The position numbers and the translations under genes are program-made. A DNA stretch of 64,000 bases from the human T2T-CHM13v2.0 reference genome, Homo sapiens: NCBI RefSeq assembly GCF_009914755.1, contig NC_060939.1, one strand, 5' to 3'. Of this stretch, positions 44,833 to 58,921 are shown piece by piece. Numbering within the stretch: position 1 is the stretch's first letter; each line of letters begins with the position of its first letter. Under the pieces are notes generated by a model that was not told where the DNA came from, made no database searches, and was given only the letters and a program-made list of their open reading frames with translations.

Positions 44833-45059
44833 CCCTGAAGAACTCAGTAGATCCACCTCTTCACATAGTCCTCTCCCAGATCAAGAAGATCAAACACACA
44901 GGCCTGTTCTAGCCCCAGCCCCACAGCCATTTGGGCTTCCTTGACCAATCAGAACATTCAAACAGCTTGCTGGGAACCAGTTAAGACAGCTAAGTGAGCA
45001 CTACCCTAGACAGCCACGGTTCACACACTTCACATTAGTAGCTTCATCTACTGGTCTTT

Positions 45060-45605
45060 GGACAAATAGAAATTGTGTCTATTTTCATTCCCCCTTTAAC
45101 TTGGTGTATAGCAGAGTTCCTGTCATATAGCAGGTCCTCAATAAATGCATGTTGAATGAATGAAATGCAGGGCAAAAAAAAAAAAAAAGCCACAGAAAAA
45201 CTAGCCATTCATTCAGAAATTCAACACATATCTAATGGCTGTCTACTATGTTCCAGGCACCTGGGTTTCGGAAGTGATGATAACACTGTGCACTTTTATA
45301 TCCAAGAGGCTACTAGCAACATGCCGGCATTGATTAGTTCTTGCTAGGGGGCATGTCATTCAGTGATTTAGTTCAACACTTATTTGAGTGCAAGGCTCAC
45401 CTCCTGAATGGACCATTCCCTGACCTCCCCAGGAGAGGCATCTATCACCCTGTATTATATCCATTTGCTGACCTTGAGCCCCCTGAGAGCAAGGACCATC
45501 TCTAATGCATCTTCATATCCCCATATCCCTTTAGCAGAGTGAAGCTCAGGACATAGAAAGTGCCCAACAAGTGCTGGTGGAATGAGTGGATGATAAATAA
45601 ATAAA
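45060..45605. mobile_element. Cluster of L2 3'-end fragments on both strands
   Basis: ctcaataaatgcatgttgaatgaatgaa; cattcattc…ttcaacac; ccctgagagcaaggacc…ggaatgagtggat. Confidence 0.6.
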
Positions 45606-45671
45606 TTCCCTACAAAGTGCCTCCTGCTGTGTGCAGGCTGAGAGGTCATGGAGGTGGAGATGATGCTAAGG

Positions 45672-45850
45672 CACTGGTCCTCAGACTTGAGTGGACATCA
45701 GAATTCCCTGGAGAATTTGCTAAAACACAGAGTGCTGTGTTCCAAACCCCAACTCTGATTCTGTAGCTCTGGGAGGAAGCCCAGAGTGGGAATTTCACAC
45801 AAGTTCTCAGGTGATGCTGCAGAGCAAGGACCACACTGTGAGAGCTGCTG
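45672..45850. mobile_element. MER5A hAT-Charlie element
   Basis: catcagaattccctggagaatttgctaaaacacag…caagttctcaggtgatgctg…ggaccacactgtgaga. Confidence 0.85.
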
Positions 45851-46119
45851 GTCTAAAGGAAGAAGCTGATGTGGCTCCCCTGATGTCAGGGAGCCTACTA
45901 TGAACGTATGCTTCCATAGAGGAAACAAGGAGGAAAAAAAACTGTCAGGCTGCTGACGATAGCAAGTTCATTTAAAAATATTCCACAAACAGTGCAGTGG
46001 ACACAATAAATAGGAGAAATACCACAGCGGACTCCATTAACATTTTTCAAAGAAAGGGAAACAAATCCTAAGAAGCTGAATGATGTCAGAGGGCAAATCA
46101 CAAGCAGGCTGGACAGGTG

Positions 46120-46610
46120 CAAGAGAAACGCTTGCCCGTGTGCACCACGTGGCATGTGCAAAAGTGTCCATGTTTTTATTCATAATCAGCTCAAACTGAC
46201 TACCATCAAATTTCCATCAACAGTAAAATGAATAAATAAAGTGGGGGTATATATACAAAGGAACGTCACACAGCAATTTTTTAAACAACTACAGCTAAAT
46301 GCAGCAACATCGATGAATCTCACCAATGCTGGGTGAAAGAAGTCAGACGCAGAAGAGTACATTCTGTTTTAATTCTATTTATACAAACTTCAAAGAGAGG
46401 CAACACTAATCCATCTTGGAGATCAGGGTGGTCACTTTGGGGGAACACAGGAGGAAAATACCTGGGAGGGGAAATGAGGACATTTCTGGGGTGCTGTGAT
46501 GTTTTAACCCTTGCTGTGAATATGCTCACAAAGTGTGCTCCCTTTGATATTTTTTTCCATTTTTCTTCCTGCATGTTATACTTCAAAATACAGATTTTTT
46601 TTTGTATTTA
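46120..46610 (+). mobile_element. L1ME-type 3' end
   Basis: ccatcaacagtaaaatgaataaataaagtg…gcaacatcgatgaatctcac…tgcatgttatacttcaa. Confidence 0.75.
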
Positions 46611-48199
46611 AAGAGGCAAAAGAAAAAAAAAGTGGTTGAAAGGAAGAAAACAGAAGTGGAGCTGAATCTGTGAGTCAACTCCCCGTGCAAGGATCTGGCA
46701 CAGAATCCCCTCTCAGAGCAGCGAGGAAAGTGGTGGTGAGCTTTTCCAAAGAGGCAGAGAGGAATAGGGATCACTCCAGAAAGCTTATTCCAGGCCAATT
46801 CCACAGGCCCAGCAAGAGAGGCGGTCATATCACCTTAAAAGTGTAATAATCTAAGTTAATCTTACTTAGATATGAGAATCATAGAGCTGGAACATACCTA
46901 GAAAATCATGAAAGTTCAGAAGATTTTCTAACAAAATTTCTTAGCAACTTTCACATAAACCAACTCAGTATTTCTCTCGGCTGGGAGCTTGGTGAGGTGG
47001 GCCAGGGGCAGATGCCTTTCTTGGCTCAACTTCCTCCCGTATAAACATGTTTTCTTATTGGATCCTGTAACCTTTCTCACCGTTGAGGAAGACAAGGCTT
47101 TATGTAGGTCTCGATCGAGAAGACAATGCATTCTTTTTTCTAAAGCCCATTGTTCAGATACATTTTTACCAACTACAAAGAAACCAGAGTGCTCCAGAAG
47201 TATTGAGACAAAATCTTTCTTGGGAGATCAGACTGTGTTTGTCCCAACATTTCCGTAAGCCAAGCAGCCCACCAGCTCTGCAGGCTGTTGTGAACATCTG
47301 GCTGGTTCAGAAATACAGCCTCCTAACTGAGCTATTACAGTAAATGGTCTAGGCTGTGCGACTAGAACTCTTCACTTTTTTACACTTCATAAACCTGTAT
47401 GTAAGTGTAGGTGAAGGCAGTCGTAAATATAAAAACCACCAGAGCAGAATGGCCTTTGATTCTTTGTTTATCCCAGGCTAATTAAAACACAAGCTGAACA
47501 TAACTCAGTTCTTTAATGGAGGTTACCAGATGTGTTATAACTTGACCCTGCTTGGTATGAAGTCCGTGTATAATAACTATAATTTTTTATTTAGCATAGC
47601 AGCCCTGCTATAGTCAAGGGTGTGTCTTTCTTTTGATTACAAGGTCCACATTTTAAGGAGGGGGGAAGAGGATGGTTAACTACTGAGAACATGTTCTCTG
47701 GGTATTGAAACTGTGATTAATATAAGCCCTGTCCAGGAGTGAATTCCTGTATGCCCTGCGTACTATAGTTATGCACTATGCCAGAGACACATTTTCACTG
47801 GAAGTATAATTACTGACTTTTAAAAGTCACCTTTCATCCCAAAGAACCCCAGCTCTCTCTAAAGCGTTAGAGAGCCATTACAAATTACAGTTAGAGTAAT
47901 AGCTTCGACTATTCAGCCGTCACTTAAGAAACACTTCAGCTGCCTAGAGCAGGAAAGGTCAACCTTGCAGGGGCTGTTTCTGCTTAGTCGGGAAACCATG
48001 TGCATCTTTTTTCCAGTGGGATGGCCCTGGTGAATGGCCAAGGAACTCTGAGCATTTAGAACCCGCCACATATTACTCTGCATAGTGCCACAAGCATTTG
48101 GGCATCCAAGACACACAATTCCATAATGCTACTAGTGGGGCCAGAAGGGGCACTATTTCCACTGCCAGCTGTAAGACGGCAGCCCTCAAATGCCAACCA

Positions 48200-49260
48200 C
48201 TGACTCCGAATCTGTGGGAGACTCACCTGAACCCTAGACTCATTCCCAGTGGATATCAGCACCTGGACGCCCCCCTAGGCACTTCAAACTCAACATTTCC
48301 AAAACGGAATGTGTCATGTTATCGGGAAACCACTCTTGTGCCCCACTCACTTTGCTAAATTCCAAAACCTCAGCTTTATCCTTGATTTTGCCCTCCTTCT
48401 TCATACTCTATCTATATCCCAAATCTATCCATTCTACGGGTTACCCTCTGACTCATACTTCTGCCTTTATCCTCCATCCAGTTCAGATTACCATTTTATC
48501 TCATTCCCTAAAACAAAGACTCTAAATCAGGGACAATTTCACACACTCTTTACCCTACCAGGGGATACGCGGCAATGTCTGAGGACATTTTTGGATGTCA
48601 CAACTGGGTGATGCGGAGGTGCTACTGTCAACTAGTGATTAGAGGCCTGGATGCTGCCAAAAATCCTACAATGCACAAAACGGCCCCCATGACAAAGAAT
48701 TGTGACTAAAAATGTCAGCAGCACCAAGATTAAGAAACCTTGACCTAAGACATCTCCCTGCCCAGGTGCCAGGGCAAGCTTAATAAAATGCAAATCTTAA
48801 CATGTAACTGCTACTCAAAACCCTTCAAATATTATTGCTCTTACAATAAAGCCCCCAATCTTTGACATGCTCCCCAAGGCCTTGACCATCTCTGCCCACC
48901 CTGCCTTCTCATCCTAATCTGGTATTGCTCTCACCAGCCTATTCCACAGGCTCCACACTCTAAATGTCCACCCCAAGATCCTTTCACTTCCTTGAACTTC
49001 CTAGGTCTTTGCCTGAAATTCTCTACCCACACTTACCAAGGAGTTCACTCATTAACCTTCAGATTTCAGCCTAGCCTAATCTCCTATATGGAGTGTGACC
49101 TAGACCCTCCCATAGTACAGGCCTTTGTACTGTCCCTCACCTTGACTGTACCTTACCATTGAGCCTCATGTGTGCACCCTGTGTCAGGGGACCTTGTCTG
49201 TCTGTGGCTGTATCTTGTCAGGGCACTTGAGGCATGTTCACAGAAATAATGAATACACGA
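48200..49260 (+). mobile_element. L2 fragment interrupted by MER20
   Basis: aggcacttcaaactcaacatttccaaaac…aaaatgcaaatctt…ccttcagatttcagc. Confidence 0.7.
48514..48742. mobile_element. MER20 hAT-Charlie element
   Basis: ggcaatgtctgaggacatttttggatgtcacaactgg…gtgctactg…atcctacaatgcac…agaaacctt. Confidence 0.88.
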
Positions 49261-49384
49261 TACCATATTACACAGGAGTTGATCTCTGGAGTATTTAGAT
49301 TTGGGCAATTCATTTAAACAAAACCTGGTATCTTAAACAAATAGTTATTTACATTTTGACTTATTCATTAAATTGTTGTCTCAT

Positions 49385-49720
49385 ACACTTGGAAAGGGCT
49401 TTAAGGTAATCTACTGTAACTTCCCCTCAGATGCCCATGCCTCCTTTATAGAACTGTCCTGTACATGTTCACATACACACAGGACACATGCACATGTGTG
49501 TGCATTCATATGCACACAAGCACTATCATGAGCACAAACATGCATGTGTGCATACCTGTGCACATATGCACACACAAACATACATGCACATACCCACAGA
49601 GCCTATGACAACCAACCCTCCTAGTGACAAGAGACTCACCTGCTTTGAAATAATCAGTTCCATATTTGGTAAACACTTTTAAAAAGTATTTCTTAATACT
49701 GAGCCCTCATGTGTCTCCCT
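49385..49720 (-). mobile_element. L3/CR1 fragment containing a degenerate CA/TG tract (49461-49592)
   Basis: ttggaaagggctttaaggtaatcta…agtgacaagagactcacc…aagtatttcttaatactgag. Confidence 0.5.
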
Positions 49721-49974
49721 TGTGTGTTAACTCCACTCATTATTTCTAGCGCATTTTAGTGTTTCAAGACAAGCCAAACCCCTCTCTCTTCTACTTAACA
49801 GACAGACCTTCAGCTGCTCCTTTTCTTCCTCCTTCTATAGCCTCTTGCTCAGTGTTTCTGTCTTTCTTGTCTGAACCAGCTCCACCTAGTCAAGTTCTGT
49901 CTTCAGGATAACTTTGGGACAGTTGTTAGCATCCCATGGCTGATTAGCCTCCCAAATTACCACCAAATCTGTAA

Positions 49975-50300
49975 GAAGTAATGTGGCAATATCCACCCAA
50001 ATTTACAATGCACATGGCCTTTGGCTCAATAATGAACATTTCCAAAAATGTACCCTCATGTACTCAAGGGCACATAAACAAAGACGTTAACATCATAGCA
50101 CTATTTTCAAAGGCAAAAGATTGAAATGTTCTTAAGTAACCATCTTTGGAGGACAAGTTCATAAGCGATGGTCCATCCACACAATAGAAAGCCAGGCCAC
50201 CACCAGAAAGAATGAGGTGACCCTCAATATGTTGAAGTGGCACAGGCTGTAAGACATGTCATTACATTCAAAACCCAAGTTCAGAACAATCTGCCTCATT
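49975..50300 (+). mobile_element. Old L1M 3' fragment
   Basis: tggcaatatccacccaaatttacaatgcacat…atggtccatccacacaatagaa. Confidence 0.6.
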
Positions 50301-51316
50301 ATACACCCTAGGGTTAGAAGAGTGATGGAGAGGAGAAAAAGTATCAATCCTTCCCATGAGTTGCCTTGCCAAAGATAATTAAGGATTACAACTGATTAAG
50401 AGTCAACCACCAATGCACAGCAAACCAAAAACTTCTATTCAATTGACTGCTTACAACTCTCTATCTTAGGTTATTCAGAAAAGCCAGACTCTGCTAATTT
50501 TCACTAGTTTCTTAGTAAGGTTTTTAACAATTAAATGAATATTCTGTGTGCTATTATTATTTATTTCTACATAGCATTTGCTAGAAATGCAAGTTTCCTA
50601 ACACCAACTCACCTTTGAAAATGGACCATTACCTAAATTTTAAGTATTATCCTTGAGGCAAAAACAACACTGACAAAAGCCGAACTCTCTGCCCAAGAAA
50701 TCATAAGGAGAATTCAGATGGATTTTGAGTCTCAGAAGGTGACTTATTACTATTAATTCATATATTAAGTAATTTTTGTTAAAGATATTTTCAAATTTGG
50801 ATCGCCAGATACCTTTGTGTACAGCAGAAAAATTATACCAAATCCCAACCATGAGCAGAATTCCCAGCAGTTCATATTTGGAAAGACAGATTGACATCAA
50901 GGCACATCTATCAGCATCAATACTCAGGGAAAAAACATCAAAGGCATCTGAAGCTGAAGATAGTTCCTGAAATGTGTTGAGCTTATTGAATTTTGACCCT
51001 AGTTGGGCCCATACATTTGGGGAACTTAAAAAAACAAAGAGGTGAGGTGTTGAAAAGGACTTTTCCCAAGGTAAATGACGAGATTCTGTGAGATGTCACT
51101 CTTTTCCTGTGTAAGAATTGTTTTTGCTGGTATTTTTTTCATTTAGTTTATTACTACCTACAGCAAAACACCATTTGCTGAGAAGATGGTTCAATTTAGC
51201 TTTTACAGTCTGAAATATCCTTGTTCTCTCTATCCACTCCAGGTCTCAGTTTCTTTGTCTGCCTGTAACTAATATTCCCACATAAGTAGTTTAAGAAATA
51301 AAATAAAGGGATCTTT

Positions 51317-51948
51317 AAAAAAAACAAAAAACTTTGATTTTAGGTTTGGGGACACATATGCAGGTTTGTTACATGGGTAAACGTGTGTCACAAGGGTTTG
51401 TTGTACAGATTATTTGATCACCCAGGTATAAAGCCCAGTACCCAATAGTTATCTTTTCTGCTCCTCTCCCTCCTCCCACCCTCCCTTTCAAGTAGACCCA
51501 GTGTCTGTTGTTTGCTTTTTTGTGTTCATAAGTTCTTACCATTTAGCTCCCATTTATAAGTGAGAACATGCAGTATTTGGTTTCCTCTTCCTGCATTAGT
51601 TTGCTAAAGATAATAGCCTCCAGCTCCATCCATGTTCCCACAAAGACATGATCTCATTCTTTTTATGGCTGCATGGTATTCCATGGTGTATAAGTACCAC
51701 ATTTTCTTTATCCTACCTGTCATTGATAGGCATATAGGTTGATTCCATGTCTTTGCTATTATGAATATGCTGCAATGAACATTCATGTGCATGTGTCTTT
51801 AGAGTAGAATGATTTATATTCCTCTGGGTATGTACCCAGTAATGGGTCGAACGATAATTCTGCTTTTAGCTCTTTGAAGAATCGCCAGGCTGCTTTCCAC
51901 AATGGTTGAACTAATTTTACACTCCCACCAACAGTGTATAAGTGTTCC
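51317..51948 (-). mobile_element. L1PA (older primate, about PA13-16) 5'-truncated 3' end
   Basis: gcaggtttgttacatgggtaaa…tctccctcctcccaccctccc…actcccaccaacagtgtataag; degenerate TSD taaag(g/a)gatc at 51304 and 51949. Confidence 0.92.
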
Positions 51949-52383
51949 TAAAGAGATCCTTTTAATATTCAAATTAATTGACCCCCAGACCCTACCACCT
52001 AGCAGGAAAATATTGTCTTTCTCCGCTTCCCAGAATCTCCCTCCTTTGTTAAATCTCAAAAATCCAGGAATGTTTTCTTGGTTTGCCAGGTCAGTTCTAG
52101 CCACATTCCTTCAGAAGAGAGAGCTCGGACTATAAGGACTCTTGTTCTCTCTGGAGAGCGCTGCTCTCTCGAGGCTCTGTGCTGACCTGCTAATGTGCCA
52201 CCACCAAACTCTGTGGGTGCTCCCTATGACTCAGAGAGACCATGTGGGGGACCATGATCACCATTATTCACGAGCAAGAGGTGAAATCAGGGTAGAAGAA
52301 GACCGCTCTCCTCCCCAGGAGTAAGCTTGGTTCTAATTTGCTCTATCCTTGTACAGGTCTGGAATTATGCAACACTGTTGGTG

Positions 52384-52388
52384 CACAC

Positions 52389-52431
<43 letters not shown>
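52384..52431. repeat. (CA)n microsatellite
   Basis: Direct observation, with TA interruptions. Confidence 0.95.
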
Positions 52432-52434
<3 letters not shown>

Positions 52435-55400
52435 GTTTCCCATGGCGTGTCCTTGCTGCCAGGTAGGTGAGGCTGGGGAGCTTTACAGTCTCAGCCCTCT
52501 TATTTTTCCATCTTTGTGTTGCACCCCTGAGCCACATTGCTCCTAATCTAGATCTCAATACCCCAAGGTCCCAGGGGCAAATCCATCCTCTTACACATAA
52601 AAAAAGAGATTCAATATTGAGTTCTTCATGAATCCAACAGTCTTAAATGCTGTGGTCCCTTATATTATTATCTTTGTAATCTCAAGCGTTATAGTGTGTC
52701 ATTACAAGAATAAGAGGAGACAAATGAAACTGACAAATAAGCAACTATTTACATGCTAGAATTTGGTTTTCAAATATTACTTCTGGGACTTTACAGTATG
52801 ACTTCATTTGTCAGACAATCTGAGTTTCCAAAATCTGACCTTTGGTTAAATTACCCATCATTTTTCTTTTTTTTTTTTCTCCAGTCCAAAACTATTCCTT
52901 TCTTCAGTTATTCTCTTAGACGTGTCCATTTCTTCAAATGTACCTCTCCCTGTGCTGAGGGTGTGGGGAAAGAAGGAAAATGAGGTACGGCTCTAGACTT
53001 TCTCAAGCTCACATTCTGACAATGAGGACAAAACTCTTCCAAAAATTGCCTTTACGTTACACGTACATGAGCCCCACAAGTCTTCTGTCTCTAACCGGGA
53101 ATCAGAATGTTGTTTAAACACCCAGCCAATGACATCTGTATCCATGACACCCAGCACACAGAGGCATTCAAGATATGTTGGCAAATGAGTCAATGAATGA
53201 ATGAAGTATATTGCAAAATGCCAGCACAGTCTTTACAACTCACGATGATCATGAAAACGCCTTCATCAATTGAGTCAACCACTAGTTTGCCAGGAAGAAT
53301 GCAATGAGAATGAAATATTCACCTTGAATCTTCTATTTTGATTCATATGTTAATGGTGGAAAATAGGGATTGAACAACTACACATCCCATAACCAGAGAG
53401 TCTCATAATTGTAAAAATTAGCTTCACCTTTAAAATTTATCTTAAAGTTTAACTGGAATCTAGCCCACCCCCAGGTGCTTCAGTTGGTGTGGATTTAAAG
53501 ACTGAATTTTTCTTAAATATAACTAACACTTCTCTAATACTTCTTCTCAGCTTGCAGAGGTCATCTGATGAATCCAGCTACTGGAAAGGAATTATTTAAC
53601 CCATAGGCTTTGAAAACCAGCCAACGATGTCATCTTATGTATTCATTTGTCTCTTTGGAAAAAATCCTGCCAGCAGTCTGAGGGTTAAGCAGTATTCCTG
53701 TCATGTTTGCCCTGAACTTGCCCAGTTAAATTGCAACAGCATGGGTCTCCGTAATTATCTAATTGTTAGTGTTGTGCCTTTACGTAATTTATGATGTAGC
53801 ATTAAAGTCTGACCCTGGGTTTGAAATGAAGTGCAGTACTGCTGACATCCAAGCTCAAATTAGTAGGTAAGCACCCAATTAACGATTATGCTTCTGAGCT
53901 TTCATTTCCATCTGACCACACTGCTACGCTAATCAGTTTTCTAAGCCTTTCACCTTCCCCATAACTAACAAGCATTTCTCCTGCTTTTTATGTCTATAGA
54001 TGCCCTACATCCTCATAAAAATCTCTCCAAGACTGCCGTCTTTAAGATTGCAGCCAAAAATGTCCACAAGTAAACTGACCAGCTCTGATACTCTTTGTTG
54101 GCAAAACCAAAGGTCCCATTTCCCTCTTCTGAAAAGAGATAATTGCATCGGAATACTTAGATTCTGCTGACGGTTTTCCTTGGCTTCTGGAATCATTTGA
54201 AGTAAAGGATGGAGCCCTTTGGATGTTTAGACCATGGACTTGGTGAATCCTCTCAAACAAGGGACCTCACCAAAATCCTCACCATCTATCTGACCACTGG
54301 GGAAAGATGAGCAAAAGCAGCAGTAGGAGAGGAAATATCAGGCATTAGTCCCTTTACCAACTACACACTTCCTTCACTCTGCTCTCCCAAACAACTGAGC
54401 ATAAAATATTAGGATAATTTCAGAGACCTGAGATATCATTATACTGACCTCCGTACCTACACAAGGAAGATACTTAATATATATATGTGAATGCTCAGAT
54501 AAATACCTTGTCAGGGAAGTGGCCCATTAATAACCATGCATGGGTGCAATTATTGCACTAGACTGTGTCTCACATCTTCTCACCCATGAGTCCTTTCTAG
54601 GGCATATATCACTTGCATTTTGATTCCTAGTTAGCTGAGCCACTCCTAGGCCCATATCCTAAAGCCAGATAAGAGCTGCATATTCATTTGCAGCCCCCTG
54701 CCAAATACTCAAAATCTGAATTTGGAATCCCTATAACTACTTTTCCTAACCTATACCCTAAAATATGTCAATATGATTGCCTTCTACTCCAGCTTTATGA
54801 ACTTTTGTACCTGACACAGATATCGTCCTGTCCACATTGTGTGTTCTAATCATCATAATGCCATCAAGAACCTTAGCCAGCATCGGTGACCTTCAAGGCT
54901 TAGTACCAGAAGCTCATTTTTGTTTTTTATCCCCAATCGAACTTACTCATTACTATCACTCCAATATAAAAATGTCATTGTGAAAAAATGGATAAATATA
55001 GAGCTCTTCTGGTAAGAGTAGAGCTGAACCCCCTACCACCATGCTGCCATCTGAAGACACCCTATACACACAGTTTTAAAACCACTGTTCTAAGAGAGGC
55101 CATGAAAGAGCAGGGATCAGATCAAAGTAAAGCTTTAATCTTTTTTAGTTGTCCAAAACAATTTCATACTCCTTGAGTGCAAAGTTTGTTTTTGTTAATC
55201 TTTAGCAATAAGAAAGAGGAAAGCATCCTTGTCTCCAGTTTGTGGGTGCTCCAGAACACAGACCCGGCAGAGTTGGGAAGTTGGATTCCCTGACTCTTGG
55301 CCATTTCTCTTTCCAGTGGCCCACACTGTCTCACTTTCAATGTCTCATGTCACATAGATATGCCTCATAATCACTCACAGATACTTGTTAAGTACTTTTG

Positions 55401-56114
55401 GTGGTGATAGAATGACAGTAAGAGTGAGACAAATTGAGTCGAATGCGAACTGAAAAGAAAATGCTAATAATGCAATATTTGAGAAGCGTATTACAAAACT
55501 AGCTTATTGTGGAATAAGTAGTCTCAGTGTTGTAGACTTTTCATTTAACTTAACTCTTCATTATGTAAATCAACAAGGAGAGGCACTTATCAAGCCCAAT
55601 TAGATGAGCGATGAGGCTACATTAGCATATCTTCATCTTTTATCCATATTTGATCAGAATTGTTTATGTCATGCAGATATTTGAAAGTGTAAAATAAGCA
55701 TATAAGTCAAGTTTCTTCCAAACTTAGTGGCCAAGGGATTAGATAACACACAGTCCTGGAAAAGTAATTGCATGGTAGTGACAGCTGTCTCTGGCTCTTG
55801 CTAAAAAAAGATGGTAGCAAGCTATACAAGGGAACCACAAAACCACTTATGAGAAGGAGCAACATTTTCCTCCAGGAGCCAGGAGTTAGCAGGAAGACCC
55901 TGATAAAAGAGGAAGTGGGGAGCAGCTGTGAGTGCATCTCCCATGGAAATTTCCACTGGAAATTTCATCATCTCACTAGCTCTACCTGAGTTGCATACAT
56001 AATACACACTTCCGATTATTTAAAGAAAAATGTGTTTACCTTACATGCTCAGTAAATATTTCTGGAAGAAACAAGCAAACTGAAATTCCCTACAAGTCAT
56101 TATTATGAAATTAA

Positions 56115-56340
56115 AAGCTTTTGAACTAGAAAGATTTGGATTCCAGTCTCAACTACTTATGTAACACCTGAACCTAGACAAGGCATTTAACCTCTCCCCA
56201 ACCTTCCATGTTCTCATCTGTGAGGTGGGAATAATGATGCCCATTTCACTGCATCATTTGAGGATTAAATAGGATAATGCAGATAATGGACATAATGCAC
56301 AGGGTACTTAACAAGTACTCAACAGATACTAGTTCCTTTC
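56115..56340 (+). mobile_element. MIR SINE
   Basis: tttaacctctcc…ctcatctgtgaggtgggaataatgatgcc…gaggattaaataggataatgca. Confidence 0.85.
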
Positions 56341-56423
56341 CTTTGACCCATAAGATCTCTCATGCAATGGCATATGGCTCTCAGTCCCACAATTCAAAAA
56401 CACTTATTAAAAGATAATTTCAA

Positions 56424-58460
56424 GAAGGCACAAATAAATGGAAAGACATCCTGTTTTTATGGATCACAAAAAATTGTTAAAATTTCCATTCTGGCCAAAG
56501 CAATGTACAGATTCAATGCAATCACTATCAAAATTCCAATGACATTTTTCACAGAGATAGAAAAAAAACCCTAAAATTAATCTGGAACCATGAAAGACCC
56601 TGAAGAGCCAAAGATATTTTGAGCAAAGAGAAGAAAGCTGGAGGCATCACACTACCTGACCTAAAAATATAATACAAAGCTATGGTAACAAAAACAACAT
56701 AGTACTGGCATAAAAACAGACACATGGACCAATGCAAAAGAATAGAGAGCCTGGAAATAACTCCACACATTTACAGTCCATTGAGTTTTGACCAAGGTGC
56801 CAAGAACACACTATTGAAAAAGGACAGTCTCTTCAATAAATGATGTTGGGGAAACTGGATATCCACATGCTCAAGAATGAAATTAGACCCTTATACCACA
56901 TACAAAATCAATTCAAATGAACTAATGTGGGACTCAAAAATGTAAAACAACTAGAAAACAACACAGAAGGAAGCTCTATGACATTGGTCTGGAAAATAAT
57001 TTTTTGGAAATGACCCCAAAACACAGGTAACACAAGCAAAAATTGACCAGCAGGATTATATCAAAATAAAAATCTTCTGTACAGCAAAGAAAACAATCAA
57101 CAGAGTGAAGAGACAACCTACAGATGTGAGAAAACATTTGCAAATCATACATCTGACAAGCAGTTAATACCTAAACTATATAAGGAATTCAAATAATTCA
57201 AGTGTAAGACAACAAACAATCTTGATATAATTTGGATGTGTGTTCCCTCCAAATCTGATGTTGAAATGTGACCTCCAGTGTTGGTGGTGGGACCTGGTGA
57301 GAGGTGTTGGGGTCCTGGGGGCAGATCCCTCATGAATGGCTCAGTGCCCCCCTTGCAATAATGAGGGAATTCTCACTCTGAGCACACACGAGATCTGGTT
57401 GTTTAAAAGAGTCTGGGACCTCTGCCTCTCTCTCTTGCCTCCTTGCTTGCCATGAGACTGCAGGCTCTGACTCTGTCTTCCCATGAGTAGAAGCTCCCTG
57501 AGGCTCCACCAGAAGCCAAGCAGATAACAGTGCCATACTTCCTGTGCAGCCTGCACAACCATGAGCCAATTAAATCTCTTTTCTTTATAAATTACTCAGC
57601 CTGAGCTATTCATTTATAGCAAAGCAAAAACAGCCTAATACAAAGCCATTTTTTTAAGTGGCCAAAGGGTCTGAACAGACATTTCTCAATAGAGGACATA
57701 CAAAAGGCCAATATATATATGAAAAAATGTTCAATGTCACTAATCATCAGAGACATGCAAACAAAAATCATCATGTGATATCATCTCATATCTCTCAGAA
57801 TGGCTATGATCAAAAATATGAAAGTGTTGGTGAAGATTGGAGAAAAGAGAAACCTTGCACACTATTGGGAATGTACAGCCATTATGGAAGACAGTACGGA
57901 AGTTCCTCAAAAAATTAAAAATAGAATCACCATGGGACCTAGCAATCCTACTACTGAGGATATATTCAAAGTAAATGAAATCTGTATGTCAAAAAAAACT
58001 GTACCCCGTATTCACTGCAGTATTATTTATAAAATCCAAGATGTGGAATCACTCTAAATGTCCATCCGTGTAGGAATGAATAATGAAAATGTGTCATATA
58101 TACACAAAGGAGTAATATTCAGTCTTTAAAAGAGAAGGAAATCCTGTTATTTGTAGCAACATGGATGAACCTTGAGGACATCAAAACATACAAAATTTCA
58201 GTTAGATGGGAGGAATAAATTTGAGAGATCTACTGTACAATATGGTGACTATATGATAATATAATAAGAATATATTGTATTTCAAGATTGGTAACAGAGT
58301 AGATTTTAAACGTTGTCTCACAAAAAAAGTACGTGAGGTAATAGATATGTTGATTAGCCCAATTGAGCCATTTCACAATGTATAGATACTTCAAAACATC
58401 ATGTTGTCTACTATAAATATATACAATTTTGTCAATTTTCAAAAATAAAATAAAAAAATA
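56424..58460 (+). mobile_element. L1MA-type ORF2 C-terminal part and 3' UTR, interrupted by MSTB
   Basis: Translates as L1 ORF2 (IVKISILAKAMYRFNAITIKIPMTFFTEIEK); L1MA-type 3' UTR and A-rich end; internal deletion near 58181. Confidence 0.93.
57223..57642 (+). mobile_element. MSTB-like (MaLR) solo LTR
   Basis: TGATATAATTTGGATG…gggggcagatccctcatgaatggc…CCTAATACA; L1 resumes on both sides. Confidence 0.92.
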
Positions 58461-58921
58461 CTTCGAGCTTTGTGCTTATTGAGTTTCCAATCTAGGCATT
58501 ATAGCTAATTTTTAATAAAATTGGAAAAGTAACCTCTGTTTTCCTGGATAAGCAAAGGTGTTACTCTATTAACTCTTAATGGCAGAGGAGAAAAAAACAA
58601 AAACTAAACCCACCAAATTTCAATGTTATGGGATTAAAGAGGCTGTAATTGTGTTTAATCCAAAGGATGTATGCCAAATGCCGCAACAGAAGAGACATAA
58701 CAGGCAGGTTGTATTCCATTTCTGTAGGACAGCTTTACTGAATCTTTCTATTTCCGCAGCCTTCATCACTGTATAGGGGATAAACATAGCTCACCGTAGG
58801 TAAACCTAGATTTTCCTAGAGCCTGAAACTAAAAGGAAGCCAGCACTTATGAAGACAGGGACCCCTAACAGCAGTTTTGCGGAAATGTCTCCAGGAGTCC
58901 ATCCACCATACAACACCTGCA

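Noticed and set aside
48135-48285. CTCF-like strings CCAGAAGGGGCAC and GCCCCCCTAGG
   Set aside because: G-run spacing is off by one base relative to the core motif in both
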